Shown here in pieces: positions 13,565 through 32,831 of a DNA stretch of 64,000 nucleotides. Below the pieces are notes generated by a model that was not told the origin of the DNA, made no database searches, and worked only from the letters and a program-made list of their open reading frames with translations. Source of the stretch: the human T2T-CHM13v2.0 reference genome, Homo sapiens; the NCBI RefSeq assembly GCF_009914755.1, contig NC_060928.1; one strand, 5' to 3'. How positions within the stretch are numbered: the first letter of the stretch is position 1; the number at the start of each line of letters is the position of its first letter. The position numbers were made by a program, and so were the translations under genes.

Positions 13565-14423
13565 GTAAGTTTAGTCATCTTTCAGAAGTATTATATATAT
13601 ACACGTGAGTATGGCATATATCAATATGCTTTATATATATACTCATACATTTAACTTTTATGAGAAAAAAATCTTTATACAGTCATGTGTCACTTAACGA
13701 TGGGGGTACATCCTGAGAAATGCATCAGTAGGCCATTTCATTATTGTGCCAACATCAGAGAATATACTTCCACAAACCTAGATGGTATCTTGTATTCTGC
13801 AGGTAGGTTATATTGATAGCATAGCCTATTGCTCCTAGGCTACAAACCTGCACAGCATGTTACTGTACTGAATATTGTGGACAATTGTCACACAATTGTA
13901 AGTATTTGTGTATCTAAACACATCTAACATAGAAAAGATACAGTAAAAAATACAGTATAAAAATAAAAAACTGTATACCTGTATAGGGCACTCACCATGA
14001 ATGGAGCTTGCAAGACTGGAAGCTGCTTTGGGTAAGTCAGAGAGTGAGTGGTGAGTAAATGTGAAGGCCTATGACAACACTGTACACTGCTGTAGACTTT
14101 ATAAACACTGTATGCTTAGACTTAATTTATTAAAAATATTTTTCTTTCTTCAATAATAAATTAGCCTTGGCTTACTGTAAACTTTTTCTATATCAACTTT
14201 TTAATTTTTTTTATTATTCTTATACTCTAAGTTTCAGGGTACGTGTGCACAAAGTGTGGGTTTGCTACATATGTATGCATGTGCCATGTTGGTGTGCTGC
14301 ACCCATTAACTCGTCATTTAGCATTAGGTATATCTCCTAATGGTATCCCTCCCCCCTCCCCCAACCCCACAACAGGCCCCAGTGTGTGATGTTCCCCTTC
14401 CTGTGTCCACGTGTTCTCATTGT

Positions 14424-18257
<3,834 letters not shown>

Positions 18258-18309
18258 TTATTTTGCTCATTAGTTGATGCAGTTTCTTCCTAGCTTTGAT
18301 GGTCTTTAC

Positions 18310-19321
18310 AATTTGGCATGTTTTTACAGTGGCTGGTACCGGTTTTTCCTTTCCATGTTTAGCGCTTCCTTCAGGAGCTCTTTTAGGGCAGGCCTGGTGG
18401 TGACAAAATCTCTCAGCATTTGCTTGTCTGTAAAGTATTTTATTTCTCCTTCACTTATGAAGCTTAGTTTGGCTGGATATGAAATTCTATGTTGAAAATT
18501 CTTTTCTTTAAGAATGTTGAATATTGGCCCCCACTCTCTTCTGGCTTGTAGAGTTTCTGCCGAGAGATCAGCTGTTAGTCTGATGGGCTTCCCTTTGTGG
18601 GTAACCCAACCTTTCTCTCTGGCTGCCCTTAACATTTTTTCCTTCATTTCAACTTTGGTGAATCTGACAGTTATGTGTCTTGGAGTTGCTCTTCTCGAGG
18701 AGTATCTTTGTGGTGTTCTCTGTATTTCCTGAATTTGAATGTTGGCCTGCCTTGCTACACTGGGGAAGTTCTCCTGGATAATATCCTGCAGAGTGTTTTC
18801 CAACTTGGTTCCTTTCTCACCATCACTTTCAGATACACCAATTAGAGGTAGATTTGGTCTTTTCACATAGTCCCATATTTCTTGGAGGCTTTGTTAATTT
18901 CTTTGTATTCTTTTTTCTCTAAACTTCCCTTTATGCTTCATTTCATTCATTTCATCTTCCATCGCTGATATCCTTTCTTCCAGTTGATTGCATCAGTTAC
19001 TGAGGCTTGTGCATTCGTCACGTAGTTCTTGTGCCATGGTTTTCAGCTCCATCAGGTCCTTTAAGGACTTCTCTGCATTGGTTATTCTAGTTATCCATAC
19101 GTCTAATTTTTTTCAAAGTTTTTAACTTCTTTGCCATTGGTTTGAACTTCCTCCTTTAGCTCGGAGTAGTTTGATCTTCTGAAGCCTTTTTCTCTCAACT
19201 CATCAAAGTCATTCTCCATCCAGCTTTGTTCCGTTGCTGGTGAGGAGCTGCGTTCCTTTGGAGGAGGAAAGGTGCTCTGATTTTTAGAGTTTCCAGTTTT
19301 TCTGCTCTGTTTTTTCCCCAT
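18310..19321 (-). pseudogene. L1 ORF1, frameshifted
   Basis: MGKKQSRKTGNSK start at 19321, broken near 19105; C-terminal 180 aa (RPNL...YPAKLS...) at 18324-18866. Confidence 0.95.
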
Positions 19322-20349
19322 CTTTGTGGTTTTATCTACCTTTGGTCTTTGATGATGGTGACGTACAGATGGGTTTTTGGTGTGGATGTCCTTTCTGTTT
19401 GTTTGTTTTCCTTCTAACAGTCAGGACCCTCAGCTGCAGGTCTGTTGGAGTTTACTGGAGGTCCACTCCAGACCCTGTTTGCCTGGGTATCAGCAGTGGT
19501 GGCTGCAGAACAGCGGGTATTGGTGAACCGCAAATGCTGCTGCCTGATCGTTCCTCTGGAAGTTTTGTCTCAGAGGAGTACCCGGCCGTGTGAGGTGTCA
19601 GTCTGCCCCTACTGGGGGGTGCCTCCCAGTTAGGCTACTCGGGGGTTAGGGACCCACTTGAGGAGGCAGTCTGCCAGTTCTCAGATCTCAAGCTGCGTGC
19701 TGGGAGGACCAGTACTCTCTTTGAAGCTGTCAGACAGGGACCTTTAAGTCTGCGGAGGTTATTGCTGTCTTTTGTTTGTCTGTGCCCTGCCCCTAGAGGT
19801 GAAGCCTACAGAGGCAGGCAGGCCTCCTTGAGCTCTGGTGGGTTCCACCCAGTTCGAGCTTCCTGGCCTCTTTGTTTACCTGCTCAAGCCTGGGCAATGG
19901 CGGGCACCCCTCCCCCAGCCTCGCTGCTGCTTTGCAGTTTGATCTCAGACTGCTGTGCTAACAATGAGCGAGGCTCCGTGGGCATAGGACCCCCTGAGCC
20001 AGGTGCAGGATATAATCTCTTGGTGTGCTGTTTGTTAAGCCCATTGGAAGAGCGCAGTATTAGGGTGGGAGTGACCCAATTTTCCAGGTGCCATCTGTCA
20101 CCCCTTTCTTTGACTAGGAAAGGGAATTCCCTGACCCCTTGCACTTCCTGTGTGAGGTGATGCCTCGCCCTGCTTTGGCTCATGCACGGTGCGCTGTGCC
20201 GACTGTCCTGCACCCACTGTCCAGCACTCCCCAGTGAGATGAACCCAGTACCTCAGTTGGAAATGCAGAAATCACCCGTCTTCTGTGTCACTCATGCTGG
20301 GAGCTGTAGACTGGAGCTGTTCCTATTCGGCCATCTTGGCTCCACCTCC
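19322..20349 (-). promoter_or_regulatory. L1 5' UTR (internal sense promoter, YY1 site, antisense promoter)
   Basis: ~1.03 kb upstream of ORF1; AAGATGGCC YY1 motif at the 5' end; partly CpG-decayed. Confidence 0.8.
19897..20160 (+). CDS. L1 ORF0 homologue (antisense ORF in the 5' UTR), 87 aa, open; expression unknown
   Basis: ATG at 19897 in gcaATGg context; MAGTPPPASLLLCSLISDCCANNERGSVGIGPPEPG... matches the primate L1 ORF0 N-terminus. Confidence 0.6.
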   Translation: MAGTPPPASLLLCSLISDCCANNERGSVGIGPPEPGAGYNLLVCCLLSPLEERSIRVGVTQFSRCHLSPLSLTRKGNSLTPCTSCVR

Positions 20350-21554
20350 TCAACTTTTTAATTTTAAAAAACTTTCTCACTCTTTTGTAGTGACACTTAG
20401 CTCAAAACACAAACACTTCATACAGCTGTATAAAAATATTTTATTTCTTTGTATCCTCATTCCACAAGCTTTTTTCTATTTTTAAAATTTTTATTTTTTA
20501 CTTTTTAAAGTGTTTTTGTTAAAGACTAAGACACAAACATGCACATTAGCTTAAACCTACACAGGGTCAGGATCCTCAATATCAATGTCTTCCACCTCCA
20601 TATCCTGTCACACTGGAAAGTCTTCAGCAATTATAACCCACATGGAAGCTGTCATCTCCAATAACAATTCCTTCTTCTGGAAAACCTACTGAAGGCTGTT
20701 TACAGTTAACTTTATACAAATATAAATAGAAGGAATACACTCTAGCAATGAAGATATAGTAACCAGTAACATAGTTGTTTATTATCATTATCATGTACAT
20801 AATTTATTACATAACGTAGTAATAAGTAGTAATTACATAATTACATGATGTAATAATTGTATACATTCTGTAATAATAATTGTATGTGCTAGACTTTTAT
20901 AAAACTAGCTGTGCAGTAGGTTTGTTTACACCAGCATCACACAAGAATAATGTGTTGTGCTACACTGTTAGCAATGGCTGCAACGTCACTGGGCGATAGG
21001 AAATTCTCAGTTCCATTATAACCTATGTGGTCCATCTTTGAAATGTTGTTATGTGGTGCATAAATGTATTTTCTGTGACAATATGAGTCATCATCAGGTT
21101 TTAATATTGCTAATATTGTTTAATATTGCTATGGGGAAAATAAATAACTAAGATGCAAATGATCTCTTTTGTTTCTTGAATAAAATTGAGAAAACAAATC
21201 ACAACAATTGGAAGCAACTTTTAGAATATGTGCAAAATATAAACACAATGAATTGTGAGAAAGTAAATTTTGTGATACAGTGGATGAATTGGGATTAAAA
21301 GTGGTAAATTACTATTTTGATAAAAATGCCATTTAAAAATTATTTTAAAAAGTCACTTCATGATCATTTAGACTTGCTCTTATGAATTAATAATGTACAT
21401 ATATTTTAAAAGTATGTGTAGGAAAACAAGAAAAACTGGGAAAAGTAATTTAGGATTATTTATAAAGTGGAAATTAAGAAAAATTAGAGAAGCTGAGTGT
21501 AATGAATTTCCAGCTATGCCCCTTCTGGTTTTCTTGAAAATTATGTCTTCTTAG

Positions 21555-21593
21555 TGCTGGGAAAACCCAGAAAAAGACCAAATCTGTGGTTGA
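21555..21593 (+). pseudogene. Candidate small fossil exon
   Basis: ttatgtcttcttag acceptor (alternative at 21513), tga|gtaagt donor, followed 222 nt later by acceptor gatctttcag at 21815. Confidence 0.3.
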
Positions 21594-21815
21594 GTAAGTG
21601 GTTTGGATATTAGAAGTGTATCTGCAAAACTTCAAAACAAATCTGTTACTTTAAATCAAGCTCCCAAGAATTTATTTCTTCAACTTTTTCATCATTCTTC
21701 CATTTAAGTGTGTATATCTGGGGGATACATTGTCCTGTGCAGCTCACTTAGCTGGAGAAAATGTTTCAGAGTTTGGATTTTTCAGAATTTGAGGCAAACC
21801 ATCTTGATCTTTCAG

Positions 21816-22680
<865 letters not shown>

Positions 22681-23215
22681 GTAAGTTTTTAACTACCTAA
22701 GAATTTTTTATTCTTTATTTTTACTCTCTGCAATCATGTTAGGACAGCTTAAAATAATCAATGGCTTTTGAAGGAAAATCTTTACCAAAAAAGGTTAAGG
22801 GACTGAAAAAGGAACAACAGTAACAAACCTTAAAGAAGCGTTTATTGCTATTTTCTTTTTCTCTTTCTGTTGCTAGCTATTTGATCTTTCCTAATATAGC
22901 TGATTCTCACTGTTACCTCTAATTTTTTTCTGAGAGCTTTTGAAAACTATTTCTTTGAAAGAAAGTAAGGCAAAGCAACAGTTTAGTCTGTTTATCAGAC
23001 TTCAATATTAAAATATTAGAAGTACTTTTGGAAAACTTCTTAACAAATCTTCTGTTACTTTAAATAAAGCTCCCAGAAATTTATTTCTTCAACTTTTCCC
23101 CTATTATTTCATTAAAGTGTGTATATCTGGAGAATACATTGTCCCCCAGATATTAATTAATTAAGCAATTTAGTTAAGCATTAATTAAGCAATTTTATAT
23201 TTGTTTTTATTACAG

Positions 23216-23892
<677 letters not shown>

Positions 23893-23932
23893 TAGACCAG
23901 ATGATTGTTTCATCTTGTTGAATCTTAACTTG

Positions 23933-23991
23933 CTACCCTGGAGATACTGCCTACATTCTACCCTGGAGATACTGCCTACATTCTACCCTGG
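23933..23991. repeat. Perfect 25-bp tandem duplication (2.4 copies)
   Basis: ctaccctggagatactgcctacatt x2 + ctaccctgg. Confidence 0.95.
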
Positions 23992-24076
23992 TTTGTAGTT
24001 TTCAGTGTGATGATATACCTGAGGCAAGTGTGTTGGGGTAACTAAGAGTAATCTTTTTCAAATTGGTTTATAATCA

Positions 24077-24247
24077 AGCAAATTTCTCACTGGAACTCAA
24101 AGAGAGGGAGACAAGCTCCTTCTTTTCTCACACCTCCAGTTGGGGTATGTTTTTTTCTCGTTACGAAGAAATATTCAATACTTTTAAAACTTGGCCAATT
24201 GCCAGATTCATGATGCCACTGTAAAGGTTTACAACGGATTTTTGGAG
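24077..24247 (+). pseudogene. Candidate fossil coding segment (RGS FxxFL...LLLF...VYxxFL-like)
   Basis: Single frame SKFLTGTQREGDKLLLFSHLQLGYVFFSLRRNIQYF*NLANCQIHDATVKVYNGFLE, ends gag|gtagct; next acceptor tttgttgctttcttacag at 24348. Confidence 0.4.
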
Positions 24248-24604
24248 GTAGCTATATTTAAGACTTTGCTATTATAACATCAGAGGCTGTTAATTCTCCA
24301 ATGTCCACTATAAAATAACAAAGTGGCGATTTTGTTGCTTTCTTACAGAGTCAGCAGAGAGGCTACAACTGAGGAGCTTTCATAAATCACAAATCACAGG
24401 ATTTACAATTTGGGGAACTATAAGAGGAGATAAACAACAAACTGAGGTTTTTGAGATATTGGGAATGTTGCTGACCTGTAATACTGATTCCTATTGTGAA
24501 TTCCTTTTATTATGTACTTATTTTTTCATAGTAGTAGATATTATACTGCCTATATTCCTTTCTGATAATTTTGGGAACATAGAACAGCAAGATTTTGATA
24601 TTTG

Positions 24605-25083
24605 TAACATTTAGCATCTGAGTGCAAGTGACAACCCCAAAGCAAGAGTGGCTTAGAGAAGGCAGATATTTATTTCTCTGTCAATTAACAGGAGGCAGAA
24701 GCAGGCAGTTTAATAAAGAGACACCACAATCAGGTGGGACTAAGGTTTGTTCTACCAGGTCTTTTTGTCACCCTAACATGGTTTCCAACTCAAACTCCAA
24801 GATAGCTGCTCCAGATGGAGACCTCACATCTGCACTCCCTGCAGGAAGGAGGAAGGGTCTGACCTTTCCTTTAAGGGGGAACACTTCCTGTAGCTGGTAC
24901 ACAACACTTCTACTTAGATCTGACTGGCCAGAATTTAGTCCTATGGCCATGTGTCTCTATAAGGAAGACTAAAATGTAAATTTTATTTTGGACAACCATA
25001 TGCCCAGCTAAAAATTAGTGGTTCCATTACCAAAGAAGTAGGAGAGGATGAATATTGGGAAACAATTAGCCGTCTCTGCAATA
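24605..25083 (-). mobile_element. MaLR LTR (MLT1J-like)
   Basis: gcaagtgac...gtggctta start; ttccattaccaaagaagtaggagaggatgaatattgggaaacaattagccgtctctgc end. Confidence 0.7.
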
Positions 25084-25754
25084 ACCTTTTAATAGTTTGC
25101 TCTAGATGCTATAGAGGCTAGATTTTTCCATTTTGTTTTGTTTCTTATTGATTTTCTTAAAGAAAAATACTAGATATTTACGTATAAACAATACTATTTT
25201 TTTCTGTCATATTTGCGACTAATAAATTTCAATGCTACTTTTTAAAGTCTTTTAAATTCAGTTAATGTTTATTAAAGGAGAGATATAAAATGCTTATATT
25301 GTCAAATTTACTAACCATAAATGTTGGGATTTTTTTCCCATTGCTTTTAAGTGTATAAAATGTTTTCTATCCTGAGATCCAGAGACTGGGATCAATAACC
25401 ACCTTCATTTTCTTCTACTTTATTTTTTGTTTAACTTAATTAGGTATATGGTATGAGGAAAGTCTCTAAATCCGTAATTATTTTCTAAATAGCCACTGTA
25501 GATCTTTGTTATTTATTAATCTTTTTCTTTTGCATTGATTTGTAGTGTCTTATTCATTATATAATTACACAAACAAAAATAATATATGTATTTTTAACTT
25601 ACCCTGTTTCACTGGTGCCAGAAATGTTTTTGTAGCAGAATATTTGCTTGTGATGAGGAATTTTGTTGAAAAGTATTTGGATGTCCTTCTGGCACAGTTA
25701 TCACCATTTATTACCTAGAGATAAAAACATTTCTCTCTTTTTTAAAAAGTGAAT

Positions 25755-26900
<1,146 letters not shown>

Positions 26901-28302
26901 GACAGTACTTTTTAAGAGGACTAAAGTGGCCATCTGTCTTTGTAGAAACAGAATATTACCTTTTTGCAGATTTTTTTTTTGCTCTGGGGAATAACCCAAA
27001 TATTTTCTCTTAGTTGTACAACTGCAAGGTGAATTTGCACCTGCAGTGTGAAGTATATGTAACTCCTGTCCCTCTAGTACCCCTCAACATTCAGAACTAA
27101 TCCCTGGTGAAGAGGTAGCTATGTTTGCAGAGAGGCCAAGGAATATCCTGAGAAGACATAGGGAGATGCCATCTCTTTCTTTCAGAGGTTTAGTGGTAGA
27201 ATTTTTCTGATAGGTTGAGAAGGTCCTGCTGTGGTTCCCAGTCACAAAAGCTGTGAAGGACCGAAGGGGAGCTCGCTGTGAAGAGGGAAGACCTTACTAA
27301 TGACCCAGACTCATTACCACTGTCCCTGTTTGTGGAGGTCAGTTGTTTGTGATAGAGCTTGAGTGTGGGCTAGAAACTTCTCTGATCTGACATCCTGTCA
27401 TGGTGGGTTTGTGAGTGCAAACTAAAGGAGATGAAACTTTGGGAGCCCAAGCACGAATTATCACTGCAGCCTCTTCAAGAACCTGACTCAGCAAGGATGA
27501 CTTAGCAACCAAAAGCAAGGACACATTTTCGATAATGACACACCAGGTGGTAGCAACAAAAGTAATGAAAATTATAAACCAAGTTTCACAGTGCCCTGAT
27601 CAAACTCTCTAATTTTGTCTTGTGAACTACAAACGGTCCTCCTTGAACTGAATAAATGCCTCTCTTCCCAAGACTCCTGTTGCAGAAAGAGCTTAGATAA
27701 CTCAGAAATGGGGCAATTCAATTGTTAAAAGTGTGACCATATTTGTACTCCAAGCTGGTTAAGCAGGTTTTCCAGGTTACACTTAGTTGTGTCTCCCCAG
27801 TGACCCTGTGAATGTTGGCAATGTGGGGAATAATCTTTATATCTCTCTGGTGATGAGAACGGTGATTTGAACATTATAAATATTTGAATTGAATTGTTTC
27901 CAGCCCATGTTTATTTTAATGTTTATAACTACCATCATGAAACATGTAACATTTAAACGTTTTGTATAAAACCATACTTTCCATTTGCAAACATGCCTGT
28001 AGCAGGCATGAGCCATTTGATATTAAATATGAAGCAGAGCTGCCTCTGCTCTTTGGGTCCCAAGCTGCAGTTACTACTGTATATTATCATTAGCAATATA
28101 ATAAACCTCTTAGATATACAGTGTCATTACATTTTTGAAAAAGGTATTTTTGCCTACTTTGGTTGGAACCGGAGAAAATTTCTTCACAAAGTCAGCCCCC
28201 AGTTCTCTAGTTGCAAGTTTTTCAAATTTGCTTGGTCTTGCTCTGTTGTGTAGAAATCGATTACCATTCCCTGCAACTTAAAATATCATTTTTCTTGTTT
28301 AG

Positions 28303-28571
28303 AGAGGAGGTTTCTAAGTGTGCCCTACTATTGGAGAACGTTTATGCTGACCACCTATAATTTAGAATACATAAATCTGCTCCGGGGAACTTGTGCTGGC
28401 TCAGCATTTTCCTCCTAGTTCGTCAAAGAGCCTTTTGTGCCAGCTCTACATGGTCCTTATTGTTAGTTTCTTTTCTCTATTGTTGGCTGTTTACATGAAA
28501 GGAGATTCAGTGGATTGTTTGAATTTAACTTTTCATACCCTCTGTGAAACCACGTGCTCTATATTCCAGTG
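28303..28571 (+). pseudogene. Candidate fossil exon (RGS loop/NL motif-like)
   Basis: Acceptor cattttttcttgtttag, donor gtg|gtaaat; LLAVYMKGDSVDCLNLTFHTLCE resembles the RGS Y/F-I-x3-S/AP-x-E-V-N-L/I-D-x-x-T pattern. Confidence 0.35.
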
Positions 28572-28744
28572 GTAAATATAATATCCAGTGGTTTTACTGA
28601 AATTTGCAAGAATTTTTATTAAAAGACCTACAGAGGTATTTCTGTAGGAAGCCAGTGCTGATCTAGCTACAATTCTATGTATGTACATTTATATATATGT
28701 ATGAGTATATGAATGTATGTATCCCTCTCTATCAAACCAAGTAT

Positions 28745-29505
28745 CTAATGGCTAGTAAATGTTTAACCATAGGATCTCCAGGCAGAAAAAAGCTCTAGTT
28801 ATAAACTTTGTCAATTTCTGTACCATAGCTTCTCCCACTGTGGCTCATTTCAAGCTACCAGTATGTCAGCATTGAACACAGAGTTGGGAAGTGATGCACT
28901 GGAGAACACTTTATATGGTATTTTCACCATATAGACACAAAAGACTTAAGTCCCAGAGCACAGATAAAAGTACATAGTAAAATAACTAGAAAGCAGTCAC
29001 TTTTGAGTATTTATAATCTTTGTTTGAGTGTAATTTATTTAATCATAAGCTTATGTAATTCAGGTTTTTTTGTTTGTTTGTTTGTTTGTTTTTGTTTTTG
29101 TTTTTGTTTTTAAGATGTAGTCTCTCTCGGTCACCCTGGCTGGAGAGGAGTGCAGTGGCGCCATCCTGGTTCACTGTAACCTCTGCCTCTCGGGTTCAAG
29201 CGATTCTTCTGTCTCAGCCTCCCAAGTAGCTGGGATTACAGTTGCACGCCACCAGGTCTGGCTAATTTTTGTATTTTCAGTAGAGACAGGGTTTCGCCAT
29301 GTTGGCCAGGCTGGTCTCGAACTCCTGACCTTGGGTGATCCGCCTGCCTCTGCCTGCCGAAGTGCTGGGGTTACAAGCATGACCCACTGCTCCAAGGCTG
29401 TAATTCAGTTTTTAATAATGGTCATGTTTAAGAACCACTTGCAAAATTCCTGAAAATTTAGCAGTTGGCTTCCAGTTGGGATAAACTGGCTCCCATACAA
29501 CACTG
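28745..29505. mobile_element. MER63-family hAT element interrupted by Alu
   Basis: gtaaatgtttaacc start, atttcaagctacca...gagttgggaagtgatgca internal, ctggctcccatacaacactg end. Confidence 0.7.
29064..29398 (-). mobile_element. Alu (AluSx-like) with (GTTT)n/(GTTTTT)n tail
   Basis: Full dimer; TSD tgtaattcag at 29054-29063 and 29399-29408. Confidence 0.95.
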
Positions 29506-30251
29506 TATTAATCTATATACTTCTATCCACTTCCTTCCCTTTTCTAAGAAGAGTGGGCTCCTGTGGATGGGGAGATCTTTGTTTAACCTCATGTGTAGAT
29601 AAGCTGGTATGGGGGATGAAGTAGGACTAAATTGCTGAGTGAGATAAAGGATGAAACTTTTGTGTGGGGGCAGTTGAGCACTAAGATTTTAGGAAGCTGG
29701 AGGCAAGAGTTAGCTTGTTCTATGATAGAAGGATGGAAAGGAACATTCCTTTCTTCCTCATTATGAAAACCATGGGGAAGACTTACATACTTTATTTATT
29801 TCATGCAAAGTTGAACTATTCAAATTTGGAATAGTATGATATAAAAATATTACTAGCCTCTTTTGTAATAGAAAGTTTAGAATATTATAATATACTGTTA
29901 CATTTATTCCTATGGGATAATTATCTTTCCAGTTTCCTGAGTAGAATGACTGGTGTTTTCAGAAATGCATCAATCACATAAAACACTGTAGTTTGCCATC
30001 AGGTACTTGATGCAAATTCCTTTTTTCATTTCTTATATGAAATCTTTGGTAAAATCTACATTGCTTAGTAATGTCTTTAGTGGGAATGGATTCTGTTTGA
30101 GAGGAAAATAATGTAGAGTTCTAAATCATAGTTGAAGTGACTGAGACTATATGCTGGGTTATAAGAGGTATTTGAAAACAATGTTATCTAAGGCTGGAAA
30201 TTAAATTACATTAGATGAAGTACAGAATCATCTGTTAAAAACCTAAATTTA

Positions 30252-30580
30252 GGCGGCATAGCATGGTGCTTCAGAGTACAGATCCTATAGCCCAACTATT
30301 GGAGTTCAATTACAGATTCTATCACTTATTACCTGTGTGACTTCGGGAAAATTATATAACATCTTCAGTTTTATTGGCTATAAAACAGGAATTTTAATAA
30401 TACTTATTGCATTGTTTTGAAGATTAAATGAGTTACATATAAGGCACTTAGAATAATTCCTGGCACATTGTAAACTCTTAATAATACATATTGCATTGTT
30501 TTGAAGATTAAATGAGTTACATATAAGGCACTTAGAATAACTCCTGGCACATTGTAAACTCTAAGGTTAGCTATTATATC
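30252..30580 (+). mobile_element. MIR containing an 84-bp tandem duplication
   Basis: ggcggcatagcatggtg...cacttattacctgtgtgactt...gaagattaaatgag; units 30395-30478 and 30479-30562. Confidence 0.8.
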
Positions 30581-30759
30581 TAATTGATCTAATAATTTAG
30601 GAATAGGATTAATTAGAATATAATATATATATACATATTACATATGTTGGGCTTCTGAGTAGTTCTAATGAAGAGCTTTTTCCCTGTTTGAATTCTGAAC
30701 GAATTAAGATATAAGAAACAAGAGTGATACAGATGGGGGAATAAAAATATTTCCTTTAT

Positions 30760-31037
30760 TACTGACAATGCCGATAAAGCACAACATGCTTGCGTCTGTA
30801 TGCAAGTAGGCTTCTTAATCCAGAAACTTAAAATTAGGCAGGCATACTGACCCTGGAAACCTACAAGCATCCTCTGGAGGGCCAGACTCTTTCCATATGG
30901 CTGAGAGCAAAGAACAGCACACACTGACTGAAGGTGGACTGACTTTCAAAAGAAGGGGAAAGGAGGAGGCTGGGCTCTGCATGCCTGGCTGCTCCTCCAT
31001 ACTTAACAACCAAATTAACTTACTGCTCTATAAGTGA
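30760..31037 (+). pseudogene. Candidate fossil exon (RGS C-terminal helix-like)
   Basis: GNLQASSGGPDSFHMAESKEQHTLTEGGLTFKRR (PxxFxxA...L...F pattern); donor tga|gtaagt. Confidence 0.33.
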
Positions 31038-31159
31038 GTAAGTGGGGACAGGACAGGGAAGAGCCAGGATTATTTCATAATGGAGCTCTTTCCACAAGGT
31101 AAGGAATAGAAGGAAAAGAAAAGCCTTCCCCTCTGTACCACTTTTTAGCCATTAACACA

Positions 31160-31595
31160 GAAACTAATTTTAGAGTTTTTAACAGAGGGCATTTTATTTG
31201 GCTACTCAGGTCGTGAAGGACCTAAGAAATTCAACTGTGGATACCCTCCTGAAACAAATAACTTCCACTGGGGATACCCTCCTTAAACAAAGGGAGAAGA
31301 TGGTACTACTAGAGTCCAAGGGCTGGAGTCACCCAGCAGGAGCTAGAACCATGGTGGGTCTGTCCAGCAGAAGCTCCAGCCACTTAAACACTGCCTGAGG
31401 CAGGAGAAATACCCTGGCTTCTCCTTCCTCCACCTCTCCAATCTCTGTCCAGTGTCTCCCACTGGCTGACTTTAGATGACAGCCAACTAATAGGAAAGCC
31501 TGGAAAACAGCCTGCAGGGCCAGCACCGCTGCTATACAAAGTAGAGAGGGAGAGGGTGAGTGATAGATCTCTAGGCAAACAGGGCCAGGACCTGT
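31160..31595 (-). mobile_element. Old ERVL LTR (LTR33-like)
   Basis: cagtgtctcccactggctga...gcctggaaaacagcctgcagg...gatctctaggcaaacagg. Confidence 0.5.
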
Positions 31596-32485
31596 GGGCG
31601 TGTGGGTGCATGCGCACATGTGTGCATATGTGTGTACATACACACATCTTCTATTTCACACTACTCTGCTTTTGAACACTTTGTACTGTGTAGATCAAAA
31701 TATCTTTTCAGATAGTATGATTTTAGTATTGCTTAGAGACATTGGTTTATGGAAGTAAATTGAAGAAAGTTGAAAATCAATATACAATTTGGTCCATTCT
31801 AAAAATTCTGGCCAACATACTCTGCAATAGTTCTAAGATTATGGGTTTCCAGACTATTTCCTGATAGTATCAGATTATTGCCTAAATTTTCTATTTTTTG
31901 TTGTCCTTTTAAAGATAGACTCAAGTGAAATTCTATACTTGGAATTCAACTTGATACAAGTCAAGCAATATAGATGCTCTACCTATTCAACTCCTATACA
32001 TCAGATAATGGGCACCTTCTCATCTTGGTTCCTACATGAAGTCTTCCCAGAGCACCATAGCCCTCAGGGAGGTCTTCATCATTAAATTTAATGCACTTAA
32101 TTTTGTGATATTGCTTTGTAGAGTTACTTGTTTTATTTGTCTAATCCTGTGCCTCATTTTTAAGAATTGGCACTGTGTCTTAAACTGTCACAAATTCTCC
32201 AAGAAGTTAGTTGGTTAAAGCCAAGTTGTATGGGTCTAGTTTAAAAGTCCACTATTATACCATTGCTTAACAAAGTTTTCTTAAAAGCATTTTATTTTTA
32301 GGCTTATTTAGTGCTCATAGGTCATTTTTCCATGTTGTGAACCAAAACAATTAAAGAAATGGAAACATTGGATTGGATTTGTTCTCCTGAGAATTATGAA
32401 CCAATGGGCCACAGCTGCTTGCTCTCAAGGTCTGGTATGATAATGAGTCTCCAGTAGAGAGGTAAAGAGTCAGATGGCCTGAAAT

Positions 32486-32831
32486 TGTTACCAGTACAAG
32501 GTGTCCAGGTCCTTACATCTTGAACAAAGAATTGGACAAAATGCACAAACAAAGCATGAAGAGCCAAAGCAGGGATTTATTGAGAATGAAAGTACACTCC
32601 ACAGTGTGGGAGTGGGCCCAACGTAGGGGCTGAAGAGCCCCATTACAGGATTTTTGGGAGTTTAAATACCCTCCAGAGAATTCCATTGGTTACTTGGGGT
32701 ATGCCCTATGTAAATGAGGAGGATGAAGTAAAGTGACAACGTCATTTACTATGGAGAGGATATTTCCTGTCATAGCTCAAGTGTGGATCAGCCTCATGTT
32801 CTCTGCCTCCAGACCCTGTTTTCCTGCCTCA
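32486..32831 (-). mobile_element. Solo ERV1 LTR (MER61A-like) inserted in a MIR
   Basis: TG...CA ends (tgttacc...ctgcctccagaccctgttttcctgcctca); 4-bp TSD aaat; 346 bp. Confidence 0.8.

Noticed and set aside
31230-31291. 33-bp period duplication (ggataccctcct.aaacaaa); also 17-bp duplication at ~62294-62325
   Set aside because: Real but commonplace small tandem duplications inside old repeats.
31594-31647. Alternating purine-pyrimidine tract (Z-DNA potential)
   Set aside because: Ordinary degenerate (TG/CA) microsatellite.
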